DNA from: a virus
Virus record (IMG/VR): IMGVR_UViG_3300026522_000001
Location: 32,001 to 96,000 of that record
Length of the DNA: 64,000 bases
Reading direction: 5' to 3' (one strand)
The notes below the pieces were generated by a model, which worked only from the letters and a program-made list of their open reading frames with translations, made no database searches and had not been told where the DNA came from. How positions within the stretch are numbered: the stretch's first letter is position 1; each line of letters starts with the position of its first letter. Below are positions 53,268-62,271 of this stretch, piece by piece. The position numbers and the translations under genes were made by a program.

Positions 53268-53465
53268 TTATTCATGATTATCTATACATACCATTGCTAA
53301 TTTTATTTCAGCAAAAGCATTAACAATATGTTTGTGAAATTCTTTATTGCTATGTGAATAATTTAGCTCCATTATTCCTTGAAGTAATTTAGATACCTTA
53401 AATAAATTATTCTTTATTGCTAAAATTATTGGGCTACTGCTCTTTTTATTCATATTATATATCAC
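53268..53465 (-). CDS. hypothetical protein
   Basis: 65-aa ORF. Confidence 0.35.
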   Translation of the reverse strand: MIYNMNKKSSSPIILAIKNNLFKVSKLLQGIMELNYSHSNKEFHKHIVNAFAEIKLAMVCIDNHE

Positions 53466-54728
53466 CTCTAATACATCTAAAAATCGGCAGAGAATAACAA
53501 AGAAAAGACCATTTTCGTAATGTCACGAATATGGTATAATAATAAAAAAAAATAAACTTCTTATCATACCAAGCATACAATCCAAAAAAATTATATGTTT
53601 AGCATGACAAGAAGTTTATTAAATATACACATCTATAATTGTAGTGCCTATAAGGTAAAAATATAAAAAATATCTTTTGATATTTTATTATTTTTTATTG
53701 TTTTGTCTATACAATATTTATCCATGCTATTTCTCCATTTCTCTTTCCTTTTAGCAATTCAATAATTGTTTGTTATTGTTTATATTATTATATGTATATT
53801 ATCTTATCTATATATACTTTTATGCTTGATGGCGAGTGAGCGTTTTGACTAGGAAACGAATACCCACCTAGCAGCATAGCAGAATATCAGAATAATAAAA
53901 ATATAGAGATATCCAATACACCAAAAATTAGTATATCTTTTTGCTATGCTACTAGGCAGGTAGGTTTCCTAATCAAAAGCTCAGTCAAATCTGCCATTAT
54001 TAATCACACTAATAATAGTACATTTGACTGAGGTTTCCATATCTATAACTGTTTTTGATACATTAACTATTTATTTTCAGTCCAGTTAGTGTAAAAAATC
54101 TCATTCGCCCCTTGATTCAGTTATTTAACCCACTTAGTTCATCTATTAGACAAACTAAACGAATTTCCATTAGCACACTTCTATGTAAATTCATTATGAT
54201 AAAAATTTTTACATATATGTTTCCCTCCCGTTTTGCCGCCACATGGTCGGAGACACCATCTCTCACTCTTGTTGACATATCCTATCACCACCATATAAAT
54301 ATATGATTCAGAATATCCTTTGGCACAAGGAGAACGTGCCAATCTCTATGCTATACAAAATCTATGAATACCACATGAATAATACATACTCTGCATTGTA
54401 TAGTTTACAGATTGTTGCTTTTTGTCTCTAATCATAACTATATGGCTATAATTATAACTCAAACAAGACTCTAAGTAGTATGTATTTTTAGTCTTTATAT
54501 ATGCAACTTAACATACACAAAGCTACATGATTTTCTGGGTGTATTCCCTCCAACCTATATCTAGGTTTATTTAATTAGCGGACTAGCTGTTTGATTTTTG
54601 CGATGTGCAGTGCTACCACACACGGTTTGATAACACAGTTCTTGCTCTTTCTGCGGGTTTAATAAGTCGGGCTTGTCCTTCCTGACAAATGACAAAATAA
54701 AATAGAAACTTTCTACTTCATCTTTCAT
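53466..54728 (-). ncRNA. candidate large noncoding transcript (about 1.2 kb, ORF-free, hairpin-rich)
   Basis: A consensus promoter at 54735-54763 fires into this region. No minus-strand ORF of 60 aa or more is present. Long hairpins lie at 53555-53625, 53838-53982 and 53982-54030. Confidence 0.35.
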
Positions 54729-54734
54729 ACTTTT

Positions 54735-54763
54735 ATTATAACATAAAATGGAGAGGTTGTCAA
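54735..54763 (-). promoter_or_regulatory. consensus sigma70 promoter with its -35 box in the loop of a 10-bp hairpin
   Basis: On the minus strand, TTGACA (54758-54763), a 17-nt spacer, and TGtTATAAT. The hairpin is GGAGAGGTTG-T-CAACCTCTCC at 54750-54770. Confidence 0.65.
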
Positions 54764-54863
54764 CCTCTCCATCTAAATAAATATTTTAACAACAAGAGTT
54801 AGAAAGTCAGGGCAACTTCCTAACTATTGTTCATTAGCAAGAAAACAAGCCTGATAAAAACTA

Positions 54864-55166
54864 TTACAATAACATCTCCCATTCTTTGATAGTCATATAG
54901 TCCTCGCCGGAGTAGACAACGTACTCATCCGGTGGCCAACCATCAAAGTCAGGCAAGGCAATCCGATATTCCTTGCCGTCTACGACGGTTTTATAATTCC
55001 CGTCATAAGCGTCAGAAACTACGGGATTCAGCCATAACATACCGGTTCTATTCTTCTCTGCTTCTGCCTTTTCAGCAAGATAATTGGCAACAGCTTTACG
55101 TGCATTTTCCTTTTTCATTTTATTCGTTCCTTTCTGTATAGTTTCTATAATTTCATTTTTTGTCAT
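54864..55166 (-). CDS. hypothetical protein (MTK.EI N-terminus family)
   Basis: 100-aa ORF with a GGAGGG RBS. Confidence 0.45.
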   Translation of the reverse strand: MTKNEIIETIQKGTNKMKKENARKAVANYLAEKAEAEKNRTGMLWLNPVVSDAYDGNYKTVVDGKEYRIALPDFDGWPPDEYVVYSGEDYMTIKEWEMLL

Positions 55167-55178
55167 TTTCTAGCCCTC

Positions 55179-55598
55179 CTATGCAGAACGTGCTTTTTCT
55201 TTTTCCAATTCATCCATAATTTCTTTTTTGATTTCTTCTTTTTTCATTTTTATCTTCCTCTCTTTTATAATGTATTTTTCTGCTTTTTTAGGATTTTTCA
55301 TTAGCCAATTAGCTAAAATATTTTCGTTAATACCATAGCAATTTTGCCAATAATTGAACGACTCTAAGATTCCATAGCTGTTAAATATTACATAATCATC
55401 ATAGCTATGGTAGTTACCTTCTTCTGCAGCAGAAACTGCATCAGAAGGTGAATGAAAGAACGAATCAAGAAATTCAGAACAATTTTTATAGATTTTACTG
55501 TTGGTGTTACCATTTTCATCATTGCATTCATTCCATAAACTGATGAACTCATCATTAGTCATGTTGTGGATAGCCTCCATAATTTCTCTTTTGGTCAT
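55179..55598 (-). CDS. hypothetical protein whose last 22 codons are a copy of the 5' end of the 40766-41119 gene
   Basis: The C-terminus KIKMKKEEIKKEIMDELEKEKARSA matches KIKMTKEEIKKAIMEEKARSA, including the RBS DNA. Confidence 0.45.
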   Translation of the reverse strand: MTKREIMEAIHNMTNDEFISLWNECNDENGNTNSKIYKNCSEFLDSFFHSPSDAVSAAEEGNYHSYDDYVIFNSYGILESFNYWQNCYGINENILANWLMKNPKKAEKYIIKERKIKMKKEEIKKEIMDELEKEKARSA

Positions 55599-55629
55599 CT
55601 CTTAGCCCTCCTTTGACTTTTCTGCTTGT

Positions 55630-55658
55630 ATTATATACCAAACACAATAAGTTGTCAA
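55630..55658 (-). promoter_or_regulatory. sigma70-type promoter
   Basis: On the minus strand, TTGACA (55653-55658), a 17-nt spacer, and TATAAT (55630-55635). Confidence 0.6.
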
Positions 55659-55870
55659 CCCATTTTTTGCAGGTAGCCTATTTTTTTTTTATTCATAGTT
55701 CTATATGCCCTGTTTGGCATTTCCTAGCATGAACTATTTTAATAACGCCCTCTGTACGTGCCGTAGGACGCCCGCTGACGGGTGTCTAACCCACTTTAGG
55801 TATAATTATACCTGTGGCAGAAAATGAACGCTTAGAGAGCGCCATAGGGGCTGAAAAAAAAATAAAAATA

Positions 55871-55905
55871 TAAAAAAAATACTTGCAAAGATATATTGCA
55901 AGTAT
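55871..55905 (-). terminator. rho-independent terminator after dut
   Basis: 10-bp stem ATACTTGCAA/TTGCAAGTAT followed by T8 on the minus strand. Confidence 0.75.
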
Positions 55906-55925
55906 ATGTGGATAGATATATTTAT

Positions 55926-56420
55926 TTAGTTAGTCCCTGTGCTACCAATACCACCTGTTCTAGTTTGGTCAGCATTATCATTATCTACAACACCATATTT
56001 TTGGAAAACTCCTTGTGCTACTCTTTCAAAAGGTTCTAGTGTTACAGACTCATCACCATAGTTATATAAAGCTACAATGATATGTCCTTCATTATCTTCG
56101 TTGTTATAGAAATCACTATCCACGATTCCCACGGCATTATTTAGCATTAGATGCTTTTTAATACCAATAGAACTTCTAATATAAATTGCTAGAAATTCAT
56201 CCTTTGGCATATATGCTTTAATGCCTGTATTAAATACTTTTGATTCATGAGGTTTAATTGTTACTGGTGTAGTGCTATAGATGTGGATGTCATATCCACA
56301 ACTATTTTTTGTTTTTCTTGTTGGAAGAATTGCATTATCAAATCCTGAAACTCTTTCAAATCCTCGAATCTTATTGTTGTAATCATGAATTTCTACTTTG
56401 TTGTTTTCTTTGATAATCAT
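55926..56420 (-). CDS. dut: dUTP diphosphatase
   Basis: Motifs SCGYDIH, RSSIG, GIVDSDF and TRTGGIGSTG. Confidence 0.85.
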   Translation of the reverse strand: MIIKENNKVEIHDYNNKIRGFERVSGFDNAILPTRKTKNSCGYDIHIYSTTPVTIKPHESKVFNTGIKAYMPKDEFLAIYIRSSIGIKKHLMLNNAVGIVDSDFYNNEDNEGHIIVALYNYGDESVTLEPFERVAQGVFQKYGVVDNDNADQTRTGGIGSTGTN

Positions 56421-56444
56421 ATATCTTATCCTTTCACTACTACA

Positions 56445-57182
56445 TTAAAGACTAAACTTTACAGTCTTTTTAAGAGGTACTTTTTCGATGTTTCCTGTAA
56501 TCTTGTAAATGTCAAAATCTTCAATGTCCTCTTGTTCATTGAGAATGTCATCAATGTCTTCCTTATCCCAGAGGAAATCTGCTACACCATTCTTATTACC
56601 ATAGATAAGCTCTCTGCGGTCTTTACTAACAAAAATATACTTTACATTGTTATCACAAGGCTTATCCTTACTCTCCTGCTTTTTTAGTGTAGAGTCATAT
56701 CTATAAAGGCTATCCATGTTGTTCTCCTTTTCTTTTGCAAAGTCTTTAATTGTAGTATTGTCTGTTTTCTGTTTATTCTTAATTACTTTATCTACAAAGT
56801 CCTTAGACTTATCAAATTGACTATTCTTAAATGTATTCTTATAGTTTTCTTTGTCTTTATTAAACATCTTTACCTCGATATTAGTAAAGCCATAAAGTTT
56901 TTCTTTGGGGTTATTACCCTTTAGATAACATACTCCATAGCACTTTTTTGTATACAACAAATCCAATTTACACATCTTATCATAGAATTTTAATTCTATT
57001 GTTGTAAACATAAAATCTCCTAATTCTCGTTCAACAATAGAATATGCATCTTTCATTGAAAACAGATGTTCATTTTCCTTATCAAATTTAACAACTGCTC
57101 CAATAATGTTTCCTTCATCTGAAATAGCTGTTCCCATGCCATATACATCACTATATACTCTGTTTCCTTTTTTGATAAACAT
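56445..57182 (-). CDS. hypothetical protein
   Basis: I moved the start to MFIKKGN, which has a GGAGG RBS. Confidence 0.4.
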   Translation of the reverse strand: MFIKKGNRVYSDVYGMGTAISDEGNIIGAVVKFDKENEHLFSMKDAYSIVERELGDFMFTTIELKFYDKMCKLDLLYTKKCYGVCYLKGNNPKEKLYGFTNIEVKMFNKDKENYKNTFKNSQFDKSKDFVDKVIKNKQKTDNTTIKDFAKEKENNMDSLYRYDSTLKKQESKDKPCDNNVKYIFVSKDRRELIYGNKNGVADFLWDKEDIDDILNEQEDIEDFDIYKITGNIEKVPLKKTVKFSL

Positions 57183-57449
57183 ATCAAATCCTCCAATTAT
57201 TTCCAATTCATTCATCTAGTTCGTCTGATTGAACCAATATAAAACTATTGAAGCCATATACATAAACTTCTAAAAGGTTGTCATCTCTATGATTATTGAC
57301 AATCTTGCATTTAGCTCCGTTAAATAGTTTTAACTCTGCTCTCTTACTGTTTAAGGTAAAATACAAATCTTCTTCTTCAATGTACATCTAATAACCACCT
57401 CATGAATTATTCTATCATATTTAATGGCTACTTGTCAAATGTATATGAA

Positions 57450-57740
57450 TCACATGAAGAAGTCATATTCATAATCTTCCTGTGGAATATCCTTCATAGG
57501 ATTGATTGTATGACCTTGCTTTGAAAGTTTCCTCCAATAATTATATACTGTAGCTTTATGCATGTCTGACTCTTTTTGTCCTTTATAATCTGCTCTCATA
57601 CGATATTTCAATTCATTCCCAAAACAAAATGCTTGAAATTCCTTTTGTGTAAAAATCGACTGGAGAATTTCAATAGGCTGTTTTGCACTATTGATATAAT
57701 GTTTTTGCTTATTTGGCATACCAATTTCATCTTTGTTCAT
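57450..57740 (-). CDS. DUF3310-type phage protein
   Basis: KHYINSAKQPIEILQS...GNELKYRMRADYKGQKESDMHKATVYNYW. I moved the start to MNKDEIG, which has an AAGAGG RBS. Confidence 0.55.
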   Translation of the reverse strand: MNKDEIGMPNKQKHYINSAKQPIEILQSIFTQKEFQAFCFGNELKYRMRADYKGQKESDMHKATVYNYWRKLSKQGHTINPMKDIPQEDYEYDFFM

Positions 57741-57756
57741 AATAACATACCTCTTA

Positions 57757-58275
57757 TTATTGTAGCATACGGCTTTTAAGTTCTTGTGCAGTTTTATATT
57801 CTTCAAACAATTCACAAGGCTTTTTATTTTCAATTCTAGCATCAATCATGCTATAGATTCTTTCGATGTTGTTTTCGCATTCTTCTACATTAGAAGGAAT
57901 ACGGATAAACCTGTCTGCACTAATTTTAAGAATATCAGCTAACCTACCTGCATAACACAAAGGAATAGGTTGTCTATATTCTCCATTATCATCTTTCTTA
58001 TCTACAAACTGTTTTAGAACATAGCATGTAGATGTTGCTTGAATGAAGTATGGATACTCTAGGATAAGAACATGGCTAAATCTAGCTTTCTGTTCTTTTG
58101 TCCAACTTTTCTTTTTCTTTCTAGCTTCTTGTAATGTTTTCTTGATTTTTTCTGTACTAGAGCTATAAACAATTTTTTTGATTCTTACTCTCTTTTTCTT
58201 TACAGGCATTTCCTGCGCCTGTAATTGTTCTTGTACTTTTGTCTTTTTGTTCTTTGACCCCTTTGGTCTACCCAT
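57757..58275 (-). CDS. hypothetical protein with an AT-hook-like N-terminus
   Basis: N-terminal MGRPKGSKNKK. Confidence 0.4.
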   Translation of the reverse strand: MGRPKGSKNKKTKVQEQLQAQEMPVKKKRVRIKKIVYSSSTEKIKKTLQEARKKKKSWTKEQKARFSHVLILEYPYFIQATSTCYVLKQFVDKKDDNGEYRQPIPLCYAGRLADILKISADRFIRIPSNVEECENNIERIYSMIDARIENKKPCELFEEYKTAQELKSRMLQ

Positions 58276-58320
58276 AATTAACCCTCCTTAATGCAGGTTT
58301 CAATTATTTCATACAAACAC

Positions 58321-58349
58321 AGTATAACATGAAAAAAGCCTTGTGTCAA
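58321..58349 (-). promoter_or_regulatory. sigma70-type promoter
   Basis: On the minus strand, TTGACA (58344-58349), a 17-nt spacer, and TGtTATACT. Confidence 0.6.
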
Positions 58350-58408
58350 TAGGAATTTCATTAAAATTTACTGACACAAAGCTAATTTATTTTTATGTAA
58401 ACACAGAA

Positions 58409-58972
58409 TCACTCCTTTTGCATAAGCAATTTTCTTGCCCTTAAATCTGTTAAGCCCATAAACAAGTTTGCTATACATTCAATTGCTATAGCTGTCTCAA
58501 TGTTCATAGTTCCTAATACAAGAATGATTAAGCCACCTGCTAAAGAAGCATAGAGTTCATAACTATTCGATAGGCTTTGCCATATAGTCAATTCTTCGCC
58601 GTTAATGATGTGGTTTATGGAATTTCTCATTACGCATACCCACAAGGTAGTAGATATTGCATTTATAAGAGCCATCCCTATAAATCTCGCCGTAGCCATT
58701 TCCATACCTGCACAAGATACGACCATAAATGATAGAACGTCTGTTACTACGATGAATGTAAAATGTTTGTCATACCACCTCAAAAATTTTTCTTTTGTGA
58801 TGGATGTATTTGTAATAGCTGCTATTCCTACTGCCAGCATATTAGAAATAGCTAATACAGAAGAATCTATGAGCTGCATAAAATATATTTGAATTACAGG
58901 CGAAGTCATCGCTACCGCAAAAGAAAATACAACTGGGCCAATTAAAAGCCATCTTTTTTGTTTATTATTCAT
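58409..58972 (-). CDS. polytopic membrane protein (5-6 TM segments)
   Basis: Hydrophobic segments run throughout the protein. No family recognised. Confidence 0.5.
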   Translation of the reverse strand: MNNKQKRWLLIGPVVFSFAVAMTSPVIQIYFMQLIDSSVLAISNMLAVGIAAITNTSITKEKFLRWYDKHFTFIVVTDVLSFMVVSCAGMEMATARFIGMALINAISTTLWVCVMRNSINHIINGEELTIWQSLSNSYELYASLAGGLIILVLGTMNIETAIAIECIANLFMGLTDLRARKLLMQKE

Positions 58973-58985
58973 TTAAGCATCAGTT

Positions 58986-60113
58986 TTAGTCCTCTGTAAT
59001 AGCTTTGTTTAGCTGTTCACTAATCTTATCAAAAATATCTTTATTTCTTTCAAGGTAATCCATCAGTTTTAGCTTACCTGCAAAAGAACAAGGCTCTCCT
59101 GATTCTGATTCAATGACTTCTCCATTTTCATTTTCATAGGAATACCATGCACCTTTTTGTTTGATAATTCCATAAGTAATTGCCATATTTACTGTGTCGA
59201 TATATCCATCTACACCTTTTGTATATGTAATAGCAAACTTACTTAATCTTCTGTTTGGCTTTGTTGCTTTATTCTTAATTACTTCAACTTCACTATAATT
59301 ACCGTATGCATCTTCTGGATGTGCTTTTAAGTCAGCATATTTATCATCAAAGAACTTACCTTTTTTTAGAAGAAGTCTAATTGAGCAAGTATGTTGCCAC
59401 ATTTTTCCGCCTGGTGTGATTACACGGTTATACCCACTCATATCGGCTCTAGTTTGGTTGATGCCAATAAACAAACACTTATGTTTATTACATAGTGGAA
59501 GTAGCTTACTAGAAAATACAGATAGTGGTTGAGAGATTCCTGCCATTGTTTTTTCTTCCATTGTTTTTTCCATTGTTTGTTGACTGACTAATGCAGGAAT
59601 AGAATCAAGAATAAAACAACCAATACCATCTGATGCAATAAGCTGTAGTGTAATCTCAAATAGCTGTTCTGCTGTCTGATTATCAGGTGCAATAAATACT
59701 AGGTCATCAACGTCTACACCATTCTTTTCTAGCCAATCGTTAGAAGTAGAAAACTCACTATCAAGATATGCAACCTTTTGATAACCACGCTCTTTCAAAT
59801 AAGCAAGTCTTTCTTTTTGTTCTTTATTTGGCTTTTCAATTTCTTCAAGTGCTGATACTTCTTCTTCATATTCTTTCTTTAATTGTTTTTGTGCTTGTCC
59901 ACAGATAGAATATGACAAGCTCGATTTTCCTGCTCCGGGCTGGCCCGCAAGCTCTGCAACTGTTCTAGGCATACCACCATGAAAAAGAAAAGTTAGTGAT
60001 GGCGTAACAAAAGGAACTTTTTCATAATTTCTTTGCTTAACATCACTCTTACCAATAATTTTTTCTTTGTACTTTTTGTTAATATCTTTAATAACATCAT
60101 CTAGTGCTGACAT
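58986..60113 (-). CDS. RecA-family recombinase
   Basis: Walker A GQPGAGKSS, Walker B-like CFILDS, and a length of 375 aa. Confidence 0.65.
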   Translation of the reverse strand: MSALDDVIKDINKKYKEKIIGKSDVKQRNYEKVPFVTPSLTFLFHGGMPRTVAELAGQPGAGKSSLSYSICGQAQKQLKKEYEEEVSALEEIEKPNKEQKERLAYLKERGYQKVAYLDSEFSTSNDWLEKNGVDVDDLVFIAPDNQTAEQLFEITLQLIASDGIGCFILDSIPALVSQQTMEKTMEEKTMAGISQPLSVFSSKLLPLCNKHKCLFIGINQTRADMSGYNRVITPGGKMWQHTCSIRLLLKKGKFFDDKYADLKAHPEDAYGNYSEVEVIKNKATKPNRRLSKFAITYTKGVDGYIDTVNMAITYGIIKQKGAWYSYENENGEVIESESGEPCSFAGKLKLMDYLERNKDIFDKISEQLNKAITED

Positions 60114-60170
60114 ATAAATATTCTCCTTATATTCTTTACTAAATTTAACTTGACTTAACTTAACTTTACT

Positions 60171-60668
60171 TTACATATTGTTATTTCGTGTTAATTCCAT
60201 TTCTGAAATCTTACTGCTAATAATTTTCCTGAGTGTGTCATTAAGTCTTTCTGCACTTGAATATCTATTCTTTAGGATTTTATAAGCCCTATCAAAAATA
60301 ATATTTACAAGTTCTTCTTCTTTTACATCCTCTAATGCTTGTGCTTGCTTATCTGCAATCGTTCCTTTTTCAATAGAAATATAACTTTTATTATATTTCT
60401 CATCCCTAATGATGTTAGCGATGCTAGAACGTAACCCAACCTTTTCTACATGAGAGGACAAGAAGAAAAGATAACTTGCTACTCTTAGTGCCATATTATT
60501 TAGGTCATCTAAAGATACCTCCTCTGTACCATTCTCTAGGAACTTCCTGATATTATCTACATAGGCTTCTAGTGCTCCTGTTGATTCAGAAACTACCCTA
60601 TCAATAATCTTATCTAATACAGAAGAATCTTGCTCAACGTGCTCGATAATTGTATTGTTTACATTCAT
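60171..60668 (-). CDS. hypothetical protein
   Basis: 165-aa ORF upstream of the recombinase gene. Confidence 0.4.
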   Translation of the reverse strand: MNVNNTIIEHVEQDSSVLDKIIDRVVSESTGALEAYVDNIRKFLENGTEEVSLDDLNNMALRVASYLFFLSSHVEKVGLRSSIANIIRDEKYNKSYISIEKGTIADKQAQALEDVKEEELVNIIFDRAYKILKNRYSSAERLNDTLRKIISSKISEMELTRNNNM

Positions 60669-60681
60669 GAGAGTTTTCCTT

Positions 60682-61143
60682 TCAATGCTTGTTCAAATCT
60701 TCAACAAACTTTTTCATATTGTACTCAAAATACAGTCTTTTCTTTTTACCTTGAAGTTCTATACATACTTCATCATCATAACTTACTTTCTTCTCACCGG
60801 ATTCAATCAGCTTAACAATATAATTCATGTTAAATGCTTTTGTTACTCCTTTTTCATAAAAGAATATAACGACATAACACTCAACATTAGCTTTATTCTC
60901 ACAGATTTGTTTCATTTCATCTATCTGATGTTGTGCAAATCCACTAAAATAAAAACTCTTATTCTTTGTTGCTTTACACTCAATATAGTAACTTCCATAT
61001 TGAGTAAACAAGATGTAGTCAGATGGATAATGTAAAGCAAGTTTACTCATGTTGTCGTACAGTCTTTGTATGACAATTTCATCTTGTAATTGCTCTCTAA
61101 GTTGTTTAGCAAAGTCAATCTCAAAGTTCTTTCCTATGCTCAC
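60682..61143 (-). CDS. RecU-like Holliday junction resolvase
   Basis: GKNFE..., D-x-n, YIECKATK and HQIDEM resemble RecU motifs. Confidence 0.5.
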   Translation of the reverse strand: MSIGKNFEIDFAKQLREQLQDEIVIQRLYDNMSKLALHYPSDYILFTQYGSYYIECKATKNKSFYFSGFAQHQIDEMKQICENKANVECYVVIFFYEKGVTKAFNMNYIVKLIESGEKKVSYDDEVCIELQGKKKRLYFEYNMKKFVEDLNKH

Positions 61144-61152
61144 TTATTTATT

Positions 61153-61992
61153 TTACACCTCTGCTTCGTCTTTGTCAATAGTATATTCGTTAATACCAAT
61201 ATCTTTACATTTACTCTTATAAATGCAATATGCACAATCTCTTTTTGTTACAGTCATTGGTTTAGAGAGAATAACACCACTATCTACTGCTTCAATAACA
61301 GAATTGATTTTATTCTTTAGTGTTTCTTTTTCATCCCTGCTAGGTGTATAGCTATATGTCTTTACATTTGGAATATCTCTGCTGAAATACATAAACACAA
61401 CCGTAGGAATATCTAAAAGTAAGCTATATGCTGTAGCCTGATTCTTGTGTTTTTCTTGTACCCCATCTTGCTTGAAAAATGCTCCTGAACCTTCTGTCTT
61501 GATTTCTAGGATATAATATTTACCTGTTTTCTTACTCTTTAGTACACCATCACATAAAAAAGACACAATAGGCTTATCATTTTTCATGTAATATAGATGG
61601 GTTTCAAACTCATCAACAAAGTTACTTTCTTTATAAACAACAATATTCTTAGGCTTAAACTTCCTAACGTAGTCAGCAACATTTACATACTCAAAGGATG
61701 AAAGAGAAAGACAATTTTTCTGAACAAATTCATGTGTTTTTGTTCCAATCTCACAGATGATGTCTAGTGTATAAGACTTCTTTACATTAGTTGGTTTTAT
61801 ACCATTATATTTAAAACACATCTGTCTTACACAATTCATAGAAGAGGGGGAAACGGTTTTGCTAGGGATATGGTCAACTTCACCATTTTCTTCTACTGTT
61901 TTAATAAAGTCATCTTTTAATATATTCGAGATGTCATTTTTCTTTACTTCTTCTTCTGCATGCTTAATCATGCTGATTAGATTTTTTCTCAT
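61153..61992 (-). CDS. Cas4/RecB-like PD-(D/E)XK exonuclease with a Cys cluster
   Basis: YILEIKT (ExK motif). One N-terminal Cys (NCVRQMC) plus a C-terminal CAYCIYKSKC cluster. Confidence 0.6.
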   Translation of the reverse strand: MRKNLISMIKHAEEEVKKNDISNILKDDFIKTVEENGEVDHIPSKTVSPSSMNCVRQMCFKYNGIKPTNVKKSYTLDIICEIGTKTHEFVQKNCLSLSSFEYVNVADYVRKFKPKNIVVYKESNFVDEFETHLYYMKNDKPIVSFLCDGVLKSKKTGKYYILEIKTEGSGAFFKQDGVQEKHKNQATAYSLLLDIPTVVFMYFSRDIPNVKTYSYTPSRDEKETLKNKINSVIEAVDSGVILSKPMTVTKRDCAYCIYKSKCKDIGINEYTIDKDEAEV

Positions 61993-62257
61993 TATCTAAA
62001 AATTCCTCCATATTCCTAACATACATTTCAACAAAATTATAAACATGTGCTCTAGTTTTCTTATTTTCAATACTAATAGTTAAAAATGCTCCAGTTACAT
62101 TAAGTGTAAGTGCCAATTCTTCAATCTCTTTATTTTCATAGCGTTCATACAAAGTATCAAAGATATTTCTTAAAATTATTTTATGGTTGATGTCACTTCC
62201 AATATAGTCTACATACATCCTCTCATCGAAACCATAGTCTATAACAATGTCTCCCAT
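61964..62257 (-). CDS. hypothetical protein
   Basis: I moved the start to MGDIVID. Confidence 0.35.
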   Translation of the reverse strand: MGDIVIDYGFDERMYVDYIGSDINHKIILRNIFDTLYERYENKEIEELALTLNVTGAFLTISIENKKTRAHVYNFVEMYVRNMEEFLDNEKKSNQHD

Positions 62258-62271
62258 AATAACATCCTTTC

